NCBI GenBank assembly: GCA_028534125.1
Contig: CM052816.1
Location: 35,776,001 to 35,840,000 of the forward strand
DNA length: 64,000 bases
DNA from: Lama glama
Lineage: Eukaryota
Direction: 5' to 3'
Shown here: positions 62,620 to 64,000 of the stretch, piece by piece
How the letters are laid out: each line of letters opens with the position of its first letter
How positions within the stretch are numbered: the stretch's first letter is position 1
Position numbers and translations under genes: made by a program
The notes under the pieces: model-generated
Seen by the model: only the letters and a program-made list of their open reading frames with translations
The model's database searches: none
What the model was told of the DNA's origin: nothing

Positions 62620-63222
62620 GAAGTCTGACCCTCAGCTGTGAACCCTCTACTCTGTTTCCATCTCACTCAAAGTGAAAGTCACAGTGGTATGCAATCTTTA
62701 CAAAGGCCTGTAATGCTTGAAAGATCTGGCCCCTACTATCTCCTAGGACCAGAGTGAGGTCTGGTCCCTTCACTCATTCTCCTCAGCCAGAGTAGCTTCT
62801 TGCTGTTCCCCCAATACTCTGGGTACTCTTCCCACTCAGAGCATCTGTGCTTGCTGTTCCCTCTCCTGGAATGCTGTTCCCTATATTCATGTATCTGCTT
62901 TCTTACCTCTGTAAGCTATTTCCTCAGATGTCTCCTTGCCAGCAAGGTGCTCCCTCACCTCTCTAAGATTGCCATCATCTCCCCAGCCAGAGATTGCCCG
63001 TCCTCAGTCCCTGCATTAACTTTGTCCTTGGCATGTATCACACTTCAGTGTACCATGTATTTTACCTGTTAATCTTGTTTATTAATTTATCCCTCCACTA
63101 GAAAGTAGGCTCCATAGGGCAGGGATTTTAATCTGTTTGGTTCACTGATGACTTCTCAGCTCTTGAAACAGCACCTGACACATAGTAAATGCTCAATAAG
63201 TGTTTGTTGATTGAATACATAA
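62620..63222 (+). mobile_element. L2 LINE 3' region
   Basis: gtttccatctcactcaaagtgaaagtc...gatctggcccc...gcttgctgttccctctcctggaatgctgttccc...ctagaaagtaggctccatagggcagggatt...gcacctgacacatagtaaatgctcaataagtgtttgttgattgaat. Confidence 0.9.
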
Positions 63223-63249
63223 TTGTGTTTATTTTTATTTGTTAAATCT

Positions 63250-63530
63250 GGTGACTCTCTTCCCCAACATAGGCAAGATAGTTGCTGGCAGCTCCAGACC
63301 TATATCCACATAACTCAAAATCCCCAAAGAGAGGCTCTCTCAATCCTGGTTTCATTCACAAATCTGAGGCCCTGAACGGCCTGACTGACCCTGTAATGGT
63401 GATAAAGGGGTAGTAGTGTGGTAGGGTGCTATGTCATGGCAATGGATGGCTTCATCGGGGTCAGAAGGATGAGAGAAGTTCTCTGAAGAAAGGATCACAG
63501 GCAGGCAGGCAGCATTAGTACACTATAAGA
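63250..63530 (-). mobile_element. MaLR LTR relic (MLT1-like)
   Basis: ggcaagatagttgctggcagctccagacctatatcc...agagaagttctctgaagaaag...gcaggcag. Confidence 0.5.
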
Positions 63531-63589
63531 CCCAACAATTTTATGGTAAATTGTTTTCTTAATTGTCTGTCATTGCATCAACCGTGTGT

Positions 63590-63705
63590 CTAATATAAAC
63601 CCTGTGAGAGCAGGGACCAGCTCTGTCCTGCTGCCACCAAATCCTCCAAGCATAGCACATATTACGTGCTCAATAAACTTTGAATGAATGAAAAATAAAT
63701 GAATC
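63590..63705 (+). mobile_element. L2 3' end
   Basis: taaaccctgtgagagcagggacc...gcatagcac...gtgctcaataaactttgaatgaatgaa. Confidence 0.8.
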
Positions 63706-64000
63706 CAAGCTACATGGGATGATTAAGTTTGTTTGGTGGCCTCAGAACGAAGGAGGACATGATGTGAGTTAAATGTTAACAATACTGTGCTGAGACCCCT
63801 GAGTTGAGCTGTTTACAATCTGGATTGACCTGCCCCCCTGACCTGCACTCTTTCCCTTGGGTTACTCCTTGGGAATTAGGACTATGAACTTGCCTCAGTT
63901 CATCTTGTTTGCTCCATTTTTGACTGGCTCCTTTTGAGGTTGCCGCCTTCCTTCTTTAGAAACGAGAGATCCTCTATTAACTCTGGCTCTAGGTCACAAG

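Overview
This is AT-rich, CpG-depleted placental-mammal genomic DNA with no recognisable protein-coding gene, tRNA, rRNA, CRISPR array or CpG island. It reads as the interior of a very large intron or an intergenic region. Much of it is decayed transposable elements, identified by eye against remembered consensus sequences, so boundaries are approximate and subfamily names tentative. These are L1 (mostly antisense), L2 (mostly sense), MIR, CR1/L3 relics, hAT elements (MER5, MER20, MER33, MER94, MER102) and a few LTR relics. I saw no Alu, B1/B2, Bov-tA/BovB, PRE1, SINEC or ERE SINEs. The best-preserved L1 3' end (61.3-61.65 kb) is of cetartiodactyl type, so a camelid source is my inference. The only supplied ORFs with recognisable homology are L1 ORF2 relics. 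I cannot support a novel biological system from the sequence alone. The best leads are several orphan exon-like units with good splice signals, a candidate recursive splice site at 29180/29181, repeat-poor motif-rich blocks that may be enhancers, a tandem MER5 insertion hotspot, and an L1 with an internal deletion.
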